Source: Phoronis australis (taxonomy: Eukaryota > Animalia > Phoronida). Taken from it: DNA of 64,000 nt. The stretch is taken from assembly GCA_002633005.1 (NCBI GenBank), contig NMRA01000110.1, positions 124,001 through 188,000 of the forward strand, written 5' to 3'. Below the pieces are notes generated by a model. It made no database searches and was not told the DNA's origin. It saw only the letters and a program-made list of their open reading frames with translations. The translations under genes were made by a program, and so were the position numbers. Below are positions 1-13,700 of the stretch, piece after piece (the first letter of the stretch is position 1; every line of letters begins with the position of its first letter).

Positions 1-1538
1 TCTGCTAATCATGGTCATTGTGACGGGATTGGGATCGGCGATTTTACTCAACTCACATCCGAGATTAAATCTAATGAATTGAACGCTCGTAAAACGTAAA
101 CTTCTTAAGGGAAGTTCATATTAATACTTCAGAAATAACCTCCATTCCTACTCAAAAGCCAACCTCCCACTTCAACAGCGGTGTACATCAGACGTTTCAG
201 TCCCTGAGGATCAAAACCATGTCTTGTCTTCGTTTTCCGCGACATCTTTCAACGTACAATGTGTCGACTAAATGTTACGGCGACCCCGTCAGTAGAAGGA
301 CTGTGGATTGTGACTTCACACGAAACTGCTCATGCCAGGCAGTAGATTCGATATGAGTGACAAGCTCTGAAATCTTTGAACTTGAATCAATTGTAAGCAA
401 ATTCCCAGGCGGTTGAAGTGGTCTTGGGAAATCGTTTTCATTCTCTACCATAAGCAAGCAAGTTGTCGAGCTTAAAGTTACATGAAAGTAGAAATGAAGA
501 TAAAAAATTATCCACACAGGTACTTCATATTGCAAAAAAATAAAGTACGGTCCTACATATACTTAATGCAACGTTGGTGATGAAGCTCGCCAACGACAGC
601 ACGTGTGTTTGTTCACTCTAACTTACTAAAATTATAAGTCTTCATACACGCAGTACTGGTCACATCACGTGACCTATAGTTAAATCTGAAAAGATCTATT
701 TCCGGACCGGGTGCAGATGCTCTAAACCACTGACTTATCGGAACAACAGGTCGATCACAGATATCCAAACAGACTGAATAGAACGTATATTAGCCAAACC
801 TGGGAGAGCATATGCCTACATGTATACATGAATATACAATGTCATTGAGTTGTTATCAATCAGCAACACAGTTATATACAATCATATTAATTCGCACGTC
901 ATTGATCTGAGCTACAGTGTAGTAGTAAATGCGCAGCACTTACGCACACCCTTTCCTGCGCATTGTGCCTTTGTCTTCAATGCATGTTCACGTATAAAGC
1001 TTAAATGATACTTAAGGAGTTAAGAAGCGATTAGATTTCGAGTAATTATACATAATAATAATAAAATACAAACCCTGTTAAATATGTTCTTTCCATTCTT
1101 TTAAAACTGTGAAAGTAAACAAAGCAAGCTGAGCCGAGTTCAATAAGCTCTTGGCCAGAAAAATCTAGCTAAAGTTACACGTACATGTACATGTACCTGT
1201 AATATATACCTGGAATATACCCAATGATATCTTGAAATATCTCTTGCATTTTTAGCGCAACGTCAGCGTTACTGAACTCGTTCCAGGCTATAGTCATTTC
1301 AAAAACTTTCCAAATGAGGAAGTCGATAATCAGAAACTTGACTATATATCAGTGTACCCAAAGACGACTGCATGGGTGCCTAGTAAAGGAAGCCACATAA
1401 TTCACTTGTAATTCATGATATCTCGCGAAGTCCTGTGCGATGCTTTCGCGTCTACGGAACGTACGCCGGGCTAAGTACTAGTCACTACGAAGTCGGCTGC
1501 GTGCCTAGCTACCAGAACACGGCTAAATTACCCCGCGA

Positions 1539-1755
1539 TTATGAACTAATCCTCTCAACAACTCGGACCTTGAATTGTTCCGGGCATATAACCAGACCAA
1601 CTTTGTATTTTCTGGGATCTGGAGACGGAACGTCGGTGGAGCTCTCGGGAATCACGTCGAATTTCTGTAGGAGCCCCGACAGAAGAAGAAAGAGACGTGC
1701 CTTGGCAAAGTTTTCCCCGATGCATACACGTCGACCAGCGCCGAACGCCATTAAA
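1539..1755 (-). CDS. P450 exon 10 (heme-binding [10 protein letters not shown], stop)
   Basis: Acceptor ttttccAG at 1757-1756; reads (N)[32 protein letters not shown]...ERISS*. Confidence 0.95.
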
Positions 1756-4700
1756 CTGGAAAAGGAATTATCCAGCTCTCAATACAACACAGTTTTAACA
1801 TTGGCCGGGAGTAGCGTACATGATGAAAGGCACTTTGAAACGTACAGAAACGCATTTTTTAATTAAAAGAAAATCAACTCAAACTGTCACGAGGTAGTTA
1901 AATGTAAATTCGTCAATTTTCGTTTGTTGACGTATTAACTACTCTTACACTCAGACTAAGGGAGACCACAGCGACTTTCCCTCAAAGGCGGCTTCAACCA
2001 CCGCTCATAATTCATATTCTCCGCAATGCCGCATATCAACTGCTGTTTTCTGAAAAACGTATATAAATACTACCAGTATAATGAATATAAAAAGTGAGCA
2101 TTTAATCCTTTTCTAACATTTTTACCTACACAGGTAACTTTTTGTAACATTAAGACATCGTTGACGGCACGTGTGTACTTTTTGTTTACAACTTAATGCA
2201 GACTCGCTTTTCCTCAGGCGTGCAGCTACGTAGCAAAACACCGAGAGACATTACCAAGAAACAAATTGAAACACTAGCTATATTTTGAGGCTGCGTGTCT
2301 CATCATCTGGCAATGCATGAAATCAACATGTACGAAGCGAAATGAACAGTGAAACACACGGTGACAGCGGCTAGAGTGCCATACAAGCAGAGAGTGTGAA
2401 TGTGTCACATTGTAGGATTCCCATATAAGCCTAAAGAATCAAAGCCAGCGTGCGGTACACACCTGTGAGCTACTCATTCAGCACAAGTTTTTGTGACAGG
2501 TCAATAGGAGTCCAAAATCTTTAACCGAATTGTGTCATTTTCAATATGGCGTACATGTACATGTATAATGGCATTGTCTACTACTTCTTGCCTAGCGGTT
2601 TATCGGCCATGCTTGTGTAAAAATGATCTTGAATGGACCCGACCTGCAAGTGCATGAAGAACCGTCGGGAGAGGAAACATTGTAAGACTGTTCACGAGAA
2701 AGAAGACTACATGTGAATTGATGAACAATTTATATCTGGTCACTAGTCGTAATGTTTCACGACTGGGGTTGTTTTTCATGACGAAGTGACGTGAAATTCT
2801 GATAATTAACAACTGCATTAAATCCATCACCAGGTTCGACCACCCGTTATCTGTTTCAGCAAATGTTCGTCGCTCTGATAATTATTAGACACACAGTTCT
2901 TATAACACACGTTATTAGTGGTGCTAGTACTAGGTTCAATGTCAACATGAGAGTCGATTCTAGATATGAAAACCAAACGTGGTTATCAAAAGAGAATTAG
3001 TACAACCATTGTTAACTATAACTCGTTTTATGCGTTGCATTTCAACGTTCAGTGCTTGCCAATCAGATGTTATCTGGTGGGTCATGTTGGTGCGCCTGCG
3101 CTGACTGAGCAGCTCACAGATGTGTACCGCACAGTGGCTCTGTTTCGTTAGACCGTGTGATACAATCACACTCTCTGCTTGTATGCCCCTCTACCTGCTG
3201 TCACTGTGTATTTAACTGTTTATTTCGTAAATGTTCATTTCACTCATTACTTGATGATGAAACATGGGGCCTCCAAATATAGCTAGTGTTTTAATTTGTT
3301 TGTGTGTCATGTCTCCCAATGTTTTGGTGTATAGCTTCACACCTGAAGATAAGAAATTCTTTAGATACTACAAAAGAGTCTGTATTAACCTGTCAAACAA
3401 AAAGTACTGGTGCCTTTAACGAAGTTTGTGTTAATGCAGGACTGCTATTGATTTATGCTGACATATATTATTATGTAACTTTCCAAAATAGATAACATGA
3501 TTGGAAATGACTAACTAGACAAGCTTAGCTTAGTTAAAAAGAAGATCAATGGCCCGATAAAGTTTCTGTTTTTTAAATGTAACGTTTCTGAAAATGGGCC
3601 GAACTACCTTAAAAATACAATAGACAGACTGAAAAGCGAGAACGTTGGTCTTTACAACCAGAATTTTGCTGCCCTCAAACTACATTTTCGTGCATAAAAC
3701 CAGGCGAATAATATCCATCGAATGTACATGTATAACTTCCCACCTCAATATTGGTCGTTCGACACCTACTTGACTGCTTGCATGTTCTTGTACTGCAAAG
3801 TGGTCGATAGTTTTTGTATTTTTGATAACAACAAAATTTTATGCAAAGTTTTCCAACCAATCATTGTTCAGCATCCTGACTCAAAAGGCAAATACGATTG
3901 GATGAGCTCATTCTACTCACTTCCGGCGATTTGGATGATCGGGTGCAACCAGCTGACCGTTGATGTCAAGGAAACGCTCGGGTTCGAAACTCCACGGGTT
4001 GGGATAACTCTTTTCATCGTGTTGAGTGCTCCATAAATTAACTAACACCTACAAGGCAATGATATTTCATGAGTTGATTTGACTATGGTCTAGTAAAAAC
4101 GTATGGAATGTATATATACATTCTTTTCAAAACAATGGGTGCATGAAAAAAGTTTCATGACGGCGTTTTCCCATTCAGTGACTTTACCAGACGTAGAGGG
4201 TTGTGAGTGTGGGATAACATCTAGCTTCTTTATTAACTACCAAGCACAGTATTTTGTCTGACTTATTACAGACCACCTGTGGACACAGTCTAACCCAGAG
4301 CAAATTGATACGTTCGGAAAGAATAGATTGTCGTAGCTTCAGTTGTAGTTGGGCGATTTTGGCGATTCAAAAACTAAACATGATCACCATTTGATGAGGA
4401 TTTCAGAAATGCTACTTTTTATATATTCATTTATTGGCAATGAGAAAAACATTACAATATCACAAAAAGACAAAGAACACCACAGACAGACACACACACA
4501 CACAAACACACGCATACCCATAACTAATCCTCTTGACTGCTAAGAAAAACCGTTTTAAAGTTACACCATCTTTTTCTATAAATTCTAAATTCAAATCCTT
4601 ACGAGCATTGTACTTTTCACTCGTATAATATTCCTTGATGAAGTTAAAAAATCTACTTCGAAGTAATCTTTTTGATCTAAGCTTTTGGATATAAATAAAC

Positions 4701-7700
4701 TGTTTACCCAATAATAAAACAATGTTTTTAAAATTTTCTTTTTTATCCAAAAACCCAAAAATAACGTTGTTGCAGGAGAGAGTGCCGACACACTGTAGAT
4801 TTGCTTTGTTTAAAATTTCGTTATTAACTCTTGTCCAAAATGAATTTACTGTTTCAAATTCCCAAAATAAGCGTTTCAAAGTCTATTTCGATTGTCTACA
4901 AAAGGAACAAAAGTCGTCATCCGTAACTTGAATTATTTATAAAAAAGAGTTAGTAGTCAAAATTCTCTTCAAGAGTCTGAATTGAAGCCACCTAATTCTT
5001 GGGTCTCTTGTTGTTTTATATAGAAGGGAATAAACATCTTCCCATGAAAAATTAGTTGTGTTTACGTTCAGTTCGTTGACCCATTTTGACTCCGCTTTTG
5101 AGACTTCGGACTATAATTTAATTGTGTACAGATATATTGACACCCTCTCCCGCCACTTTTCAGTTTCATTAAAATCGTTGGCATAACAGGACAATACGCA
5201 TCAACACTAACAACTCTATCAATACCGCATTTCTGTTGGTACTTAGATATCACTGAAATTCGACTATTATACTCCATAAAGTTCATTTTGATACCTAAAA
5301 TATCCACAATAAATCTATAGTTCAAAATAATAACGTCTGGGGAAAACAAGTCCTTTATAAAGACTATCCCTTTATTGCACCAGTTCCTGTAGAAAATACT
5401 TTTTTCTCCTGCCTGCAGATCACTCCTAAACCATAAAGGCTGGTTAACAAAATCTATCTGATATTTGATCTTTAAACAATTTCCAAAGGAGATTACACAT
5501 TCAAAAAAATCTTTCCAGAAGTGATTGTCAGTATTAGGCAACTTTATCTTGAGAAAGTCAACTCCGTACTTAGCGAAATTTGTAAATTCAGGAAAAATCC
5601 AATGAAACAAACCGGCAGTCTTAGACTGACCGTTTACAAATTTTGTTAACATGTTAATCTTTAAAGCCTTACAGAATGGAAATATGTTTATCATTCTGAT
5701 ACCTCCTTCATTATAATTACAAACAGCTCGGGAGCGCTTAATTTTGTCATTGAGACCTTGACAGAGGAATTTAAAAACCACTGAGTTTAGTTTTTCTGGA
5801 ATATATTGCGAAGGTTGTGGCAAGGATATCAGAAGATGTATAATTTTTGAAACCGCTAGCGCCTTGATTACTGTAATCCTCCCGAAAGGCTTCAAAATTC
5901 TTTTAGACCAATTTTTCAAACTTAATTAAATATCTTTCAAATTCGTCAAGTAATTCTGATCTGCCATATATCGTGTAAGCTGACTTGGAAATTAATCGCC
6001 AAGAACATGAAATTTGTTTTTGTCCATGATAACTGTTCCCTGACAGGAATTGTTTCAGCACTGTTCTACATGCTGTCAAACCAAATGGCTTTTGTTTTTT
6101 TCTACATTGACCTTTAGGCCGGAGAAATGAGCAAACAGATTTAGAACATTTAAAGTAGACCGTAAAGACGACTCTAAGCCATCTAAAACAATAGAGGTGT
6201 CATCAGCATATTGAGTTAGTAAGTATTCACGATCAATAATTTTGATTCCATTTGTATTTTTTGTGTCTGATCTTGAGAGCCGAAACTTCCGCATAAATAA
6301 TAAATAGATAAGGAGATAATGGGTCACCTTGTCTGACTCCTCTCCGAATATTAAACAAACGAGAAGGTTGGCCATTAACAATGACACATGATTTGATATT
6401 TTTGTAGAAAACTTCGACCCATCTCTGTATTGACCACCCAAAATTAAAAAAAGATAAAGCTTTTTCAATAAAACTCCAAGACAAAGAGTCAAAGGCTTCT
6501 TCAAAATCTATAAGGAGTAGTAGCCCAGGTATATGGATCTTCTGGGTATAATAGAACATATCGTATAGCACACGAATGTTATCAGCCAAATTCCTTCCCG
6601 GGATGTAGCCACTCTGATCCTCATGAATAATTTTGCCTAGCGCACACTTAATGCGTTCCGCAATTGCTGCAGACACGATTTTGTACGTTACATTGAGAAG
6701 ATAAATAGGACGCCAGTTTTTTAGAAAATGTTTACTTTTGTCTGCACTTTTGGGAATACTGGCAATAACACCATCTTTCTGAGTGGAGGATAGTTGACCC
6801 ACAGCAAAGCTGGTATTTATAGATCAGAGTACAAAAATACCTATATCATCCAAAAGGAATTTTAAAAATCAATGATAAACCCGAGCCAGGACTCTTATTG
6901 TTTTTCTTTTTTCAAACATTAGGTGATTTCCCCATTGGTAAAAGACCTTCCAGTTTATTTTTTTCATTTTCATCGAGCCTAGGACAAAGCTCTTCTAAGA
7001 AATCGCCTAAGTTGTCATCAGTAGTTGTCCTAGCTCTGTACAGATTTCCATAAAATAGCGGAGTCTCCTGTATAATTTCAGACTCCCTGTTTTTGTATTA
7101 CCTGACTTCCACAGGAAGGGCATGTGTTTACTCGTAAAATGCCTATTTTCTAGGTGTAAAAAATATTTGGAGGGGACTTCTTCTTCCTTGATCCATCTCG
7201 CTTTGGACCTGATTATATTGCCATACAATCGTTGTTTCCTCAGCTCAATCAACTGAGAGCGCTTCTCGGCAATGAAACCTATGCCCAAATTTTCCGTTTT
7301 TTTCTAATTTATCGATTTCGTCTAAAAGCATAGATTCTGATCTGTCCACCTGTTTTTTACAAATAACTAGAAAAAGAAATGGTTGGACCACGAATCTCCA
7401 TCAGAAGAGTTTCTAAAAATAGTTGATCATTAATATGTAACTGCAGCTCACTGCAATGTTACCTATGACACAATCTTTATCATAGACATATTGTAGTTTA
7501 ACACGCTTGATAACTTCTTTTACAAGAGTTACGTATTCCGAAGTATTCAAGAGAGAATTATTGAATTTCCAAAATGTTTTTTTTCTTCTGAGGAACACAA
7601 ATTTTAAACGATAAGGTTGCCATCGAGTGATCAGTTCTATAACCAGTTTCAATTCTGGCTTCGTCTAACTCCGCCCGTAAATCTTTCAGAAATCAGAAAA

Positions 7701-10700
7701 AAAATCTAGACGGGAACGCTTAATGCCAGATCGCCACGTAAATTTAGCACTACTAGGATTTAACTCTCGCCATGCAACAAAGGGAAAAAATTCGGAACAG
7801 ATTTCCAAAACCATATCTCTTGATTTTGTATTATTTACATGACGATAATTGCAAGTATCAACTACTTGATTTAAAACTAAATTAAAATCACCCGTCCAAA
7901 TAATCGGATGATTAGCAAAGTTAACAATCCTTTGGGATACTCGCTCAAAGAAATCGGGATCGTCTTTATTTGGACCATAAGTAATCACTATCGTTACAAT
8001 TCTATCATTTACAGCCATAATGGGTAATAGCATATTGCCATTTTCATCTTGTTTTTAGTGAAAAACTTGAATTCAAAATTATTATTCAACAAAATTGCCA
8101 CCTCCCTGGAATTATACTTGTATGAGCTAAAAAACATTCGTATCCCCACGTTGACCTGACAAATTTCTCGTTTTTCTACAGAAAGTGAGTATCTTGCAGA
8201 CAATAAATTGAGTAATTTTTTGTTTAAGAAAGTTAAAAACATCTCTTCGTTTTTCATGGTGACCCCTAACCATGACAGTTTAAAGTCGCAATTTCTGTGT
8301 GCTCTGACATAATGCTACTTCAAATTTAACTAGTGATTGGGCCCTCATGATCAGCACCAGTTAAACTAAATGACCTATTACATAACATGGAGACAGCCGA
8401 GAGAATTATACATTCACGCACACATGCACACACACACACACACCCAACAAAGAAAGTAAACAGCGCACTACAACACATAAAACGAGGGCTAGTGCGCCGT
8501 CCGACTTCTCCTAGGGTCCTTACGCAAGCATTTGATATAAAAAACTACAGTCTGTAAATAAATTATACCGCACCCGCCATAGCCTTCAAACGTGCATGAG
8601 AAAAGAAACCTCGAGCAAAGAAAAAACAAAAAATAAATCACAATTCTAAATCCCTCCAAATCCTTCGGGTCCTTCACTTGGTGAATACAATCAGACTTTT
8701 CTTTCAAGTAAATGCATCCGTCTCTGGTCCAGTAACTGTTAATCCGGGATCCTAGATCTCTGATTGCCTTGAAAAGCACGGTTCTTTTCTGCGTTAGACT
8801 CTCATTGATGAAAATACTAGACCTACCGCATATCCTGATCGCAGCATTCTTCAGTTCCGGATAAACTCTGAACGGGCATTATATGTCGTGAATTTTACAA
8901 CATTACAATAGGACGAGGCTTCTGGCCCTGGGGGTTGACTTTACCCATTCTTTGCGAGCAGCTATTGTCCGATCTTTGGATGTTCGCGTTCATCTTGGTC
9001 TCCAGTTCTATAACAAGATCATCTGTGCATTCACCCTGAGTTTCGCTTTTGCCCGTTTCGGCGACTGTACTGTTGTTGATCGTCAAACTCTCTTTCCAGG
9101 TTCGAAAATTTCTTCTGCGTTTGAGTTTTCAGTTCAATTATCTCAGAATTCAAAACCGCAATCTTACGGTCCCTCTCTCTCGTAACTCATCCACAAATTT
9201 CATCTCTATACCCTTGGCAAAGTCATTCAATTTCTCGTCAATCCACGTTTGAAACATAATCTTGAAACATTGTTGGACGTCAGGATCAAGAAAAGCTGCC
9301 TTCAAGTCATTCCTAATAGAGTCACCCCCGGACCCGGCCATACCTTTTATTGACTTCAAAGTTTCCTCTAAAGTTGGTTGCTTTAAACCAGTATTTCCAG
9401 CCGATTCTCTGAGTTGTGTGGTGTCCGTGCTCGGCTGACGCTTGCGTGACGGTGTATGCTTGCTCATTTCGGTGAAAACTTACAGCATCGGAGGGCTCAC
9501 TCGCAGCAATTACAAAACGTGTCCGTCCTCCATAAGGGTCGACCGGAAGTCACCAGAAATGCTATTGGTTTATGTTCAGATATGTTATAACTTAACTTTT
9601 ATTTTTAACAGCACAGCCCAGTCAGGCTAGCTACGATCTTATTGGAGATTAAAGCAATTATCGAACAATAGAGAGCTGACCTTCCAACCATAAGTGCCAG
9701 AATGGAGTTAATTAGTCTTGTAAGATATTGGCTACAGGGGTCATCTTCCCAACTTGTTGTTGGGCTATAGAATCGAACAAGTTGGGAGCAACAGGAAAAC
9801 GCCGCAATGGGCTGGGATACGACTGTTGCTGTGTCTCCTTGTGGCGATTCTATATTTATGTCTATTTCTATATAGGCCTCAAGCCCCATGATAGAACTGT
9901 GGTGAATTAAACAGCTGCGCTCCTTTGAAGTAGAGTACATTGTTCGCCAATTTCCGGTCGAACGTGGCCAGCGATGTATTGCTGTCAAAAAACCTTCCTT
10001 GCAAACCATTGTTGAAGATCCCAAGGAACTGAGTGAGCCCCAACTTAAGTTCTTCAATCTAGCAACGATTAGTTGCACAATATCTCAAATACATACCAGT
10101 TTAAAGCAAAACTCGTCAAAGGTGATTTTTAATGGGTGTATTTTGTACAAACATCGGGCGGAGGGGTGTTCTCCCAAAAATAGCTTGGGATGTGCCTCTC
10201 AGACGTCAAAATCCATCCAACGCAATTCCTTTTCATACGACAAATTACCCACCGAGACAATACCATATATTCAACCTACTCGAGACAATATCGAGACCAG
10301 AATACCTACCTGAAACAACAACAATTCAACGAATACTTTCCGGTGTCAACACCTCTCAATCAAATAGTGTTCTTGTAAATGGGCAATAAATCGACTTAAG
10401 CGTTACTTTCGTGCCAGAGAACGCAGAAGAGGTCACCTCTCGCGTAGGGAGAAAATGGCTTTTTATCAAATTGCCATTCATAACGTTTTTGTATGCCGAC
10501 GTAAAAAACAGCGAGCTCGGAAGGCTCGAAATTTGACAAAATTGTCCTTAGTCTTGACTAACGTACATGTATGAAGAGGTGTATATACGGTTTCTCAGCG
10601 TGATACTCCATCCAAATGAACATTGGCCCTGATATTTCATGGCTAGTCAAACAACATCACCTGAAATGGAAGTTATCTAATGGGGCCCTAGCAAATCACA

Positions 10701-13700
10701 ATGCAGAAGTATCGGTGGCCATTTAAATAGAATTAATAAAAAGTTTGTTACTTCTTCATTTTACTAAGTGAATACACTGTAAAGAGATAGTGAAATGCAA
10801 ATATGACAATTAGGCTACCTGTGTTCCTTTTGGGATTTCGTATCCACTAAGAGTGGTGTCCACTGTGGCCGCATGCGGGAGTGCCATAGGTGCGGGCGTC
10901 CCGTAACGCAGAATTTCGAAGATGAATGCGTCAAGGTATGGGATATTAGAACGATCTTTTAGAGCTGGGAGGCGATCTCTGGGAACGGCCTGGGGGAAAT
11001 TACATTCTATTGTTAACTGACGATAACTAATACTGTTTTTATCTTCGTTGAATTTAATGTATCATATTCGTTCGACAGCAGGAAACAGTATACAGTATAA
11101 TTTCACAAATCTAAATAAAACATCCCGACTAAGAACAACGTAAACGTAGCTTCTTTTTTCCCTCAAATTTGGCACGTGCTTAAATGTGCGATTTGAAGCA
11201 AACAATTATTCATGATTTTACCATGTCGATCTGGTCTCGCAATTTCCTTTTGATGTCTGGTCTATTTATAAGGACGAGCAATGAAATCGTCAAGGTGACT
11301 GAGGTTGTAGTTGTACCTGAAAAAAGAGATTTTTGAGACACCACACTTAATTCACTTCGCCAGTCCCGCTAGGTCAGTCGGCTATGACACCTGATTGGTC
11401 TACAAGTCTTAAAGGAGAATGCCACCCGATTTAATTAGTCTTTTTTGCCGTCTTAATCGGTCTATATCCACATCGCCTTTTATACGGTCGACCTTAACTT
11501 GCCAAGAGGTGTCGCGTTAACCTGTGAGGAAGGTGAGAAAAGACGCTAGCGACGTGAGTGGTTCATATGCAGAGTGAATGCCGCTACGTTGCGGTGCATC
11601 GTTCCCGCTTGTCCGACCTAAGCAGCTGCGAGGAAAGCGGGTATATCGTTTTTTTTAATTCCTCGAGAGTCCAAAATGCTTAGGAAGTGGCTCGTGGTAG
11701 TGAAGAATGAAATGTACGCTGTAAATAGCAAGTATGAGGCCGTAAAACATCTCCGTGTTTGTGGCCTGCAGTCGACAGTGCCTGACGAATGCCGGCTTAC
11801 CAAATAACTCCATACGTTCCGTTGTCTGAGCTTGTTCACGGCGCCTCTCTAGTATTTCTTCATCACGGTATTCCTGTTCGAATTGATAGCCTGTAAAACT
11901 TAAGGATCCACCTGCGAAGTCGGGACTGATGAGCTCTAGCTTGTCCTAAGTCGGGATTGCGAGAGCCATGTTGACGTTTATTACTGCGCGTTCTGTTTCA
12001 AAATGAATTATTCTCGCCCTAACCAACTGAAACAAAGTCTGTCTCATTAGATGCATTTGTAATGCCTTTGGAGTGTTCGTGAGTGCAAATGAATTGAGAA
12101 GCCAGCAATGAATAAATCACTGCGTTACCAGCTTTAGGTGCAATAAAACTAATTGACGGGACACCGAGGCCGTGTGAGCTCATGCTAATTTAGTGTTTGC
12201 TGGCAGAAACTGTTGTGAAACAACTCGATTTCCATCCCAAGGCTAGGTGTTAGGTGAATCTTTATTTACGTTTACATTACTCAAATAACGATTGTCAATG
12301 TACAACTTCTGCCCTGACGGTGCTGTGGCCAAAGCGGAACCCGAGTGAATTCGCGGCCCCGACGAGTAAGTAGATTTCCAGTTTCGTGGCTAATTCACCA
12401 ACATTATCACGTGCACATTACTTTGGCTCACCAGTATAGTATTTCCTTGACTCGAATTTTAGTTTCCACTGAAGTTTGGCTGGTTTATGTTCGTGATGTC
12501 TGATCAGTTTCCGAGCCACTGGCCGGGATAACTCAAGTCAATCCGACCGGCCGCGACGGGCCTGATCGGTCTCCAAGTCACTGGCCAGGATAACAAGCGT
12601 TTTGTGTTTAGAACTAAAAAAATTGCAAGTCTAAACAACACATGTCTAAGTTCTCCTGTCTGTATCTCACGGAAAATACTTCGAAATTATCTCCGAACAG
12701 ACCCCAAACTCCTGCTGCGGACCTTATTAGCCTGCCGAACTTTGTAGGTTACGGTGTGTCCAAATACCAATAAATCCGTAAGTGCGAAATATAACAACAC
12801 GTTTTTATGAGAACTCGGGTGTATTTTTAAGGGTTTTACATCGAAGTTTGATGATTTATTGGTGTTAAACGATGACTTCAAGCGATAAGCTGACACCAGT
12901 AACCCGTGTTGTGAACTGCTGAACAGTGTGAAACCGATGACGTCATTGGATAATTTCAACACCTCCGTCTGCCATCAGGTGTCAGGTATCCCAACCGTAC
13001 GTGTCGCTATGGAGTAGAACTACTCGATCTAAATTGATACAAATTAGGTTGTTTTTTGGGTGGCATGCTCCTTTAAGTCGCAATCGACAACTAATCAAAT
13101 TTCTTAGTCTGTTGACCCTGCAAAGTCAATCAAGTTAAGCCAGTGTGAAATCAAACATGTACAAACTCTAGTACTGTGTTAACGAAACAAGTTAGCTTTA
13201 ATATTTCAAGTATATCGTTTACTTGCCAACGGAGCCAACATCGAATTACTCTTACAAGAGCCAAACTACCGATTAAGTTACATTTTACATGTACGTCAAT
13301 CAAAGTTGAAATATAGATTAAAGACCCAAATCATCTCCTATGCCACCATCACATCTCTTTAAAACCCATTGCTAAGTGAGGGCGCTGTGGCATGTTTCTG
13401 AAAGCGCCTCTTGGGTGCTTTTTGTGGACACAGAATCGCCCCTGGGGACTTTTTCGGAAATTGCTGATATCGAGTTATTTTGACTGCAACTGCAAATGCA
13501 GGCAGATCCAAACCTCGTGACGGCTAAGGAGTTGACTTATCATTGCAGATACTGTACGAATTCTATATGGTCTACTCTCCCAGGGCGATTGTCGCCGGAC
13601 GACACGGTGTTCGCACCGAAATGCTTTTCACCAAACACTATTTTGAGGAAACATATTCTTTTTGTTGGGTAAATCTGCTGCTCTAATTCACTATTTTGAT

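Larger units (their letters stand above)
4415..9553 (-). mobile_element. Full-length, decayed L1/Tx1-clade non-LTR retrotransposon in P450 intron 8
   Basis: ORF1, APE, RT and C-terminal fragments occur in order. The 5' end reads GTGACTTCCGG and the 3' end has AATAAA plus a short A tail. An 11-bp direct repeat CAGAAATGCTA sits at 4404-4414 and 9554-9564. Confidence 0.92.

Noticed and set aside
275-535. 86-aa minus-strand ORF at the window start
   Set aside because: No recognisable domain and no convincing splice structure; it cannot be supported.
1435-1866. 143-aa plus-strand ORF
   Set aside because: It is the antisense shadow of P450 exon 10.
9605-10078. 157-aa minus-strand ORF next to the LINE 5' end
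   Set aside because: It lies outside the TSD, has no recognisable motif and is not needed for the P450 frame.
11409-13076. piggyBac assignment for the TTAA-flanked element
   Set aside because: The termini begin AGG rather than CCY and a THAP remnant is present, which fits Kolobok.
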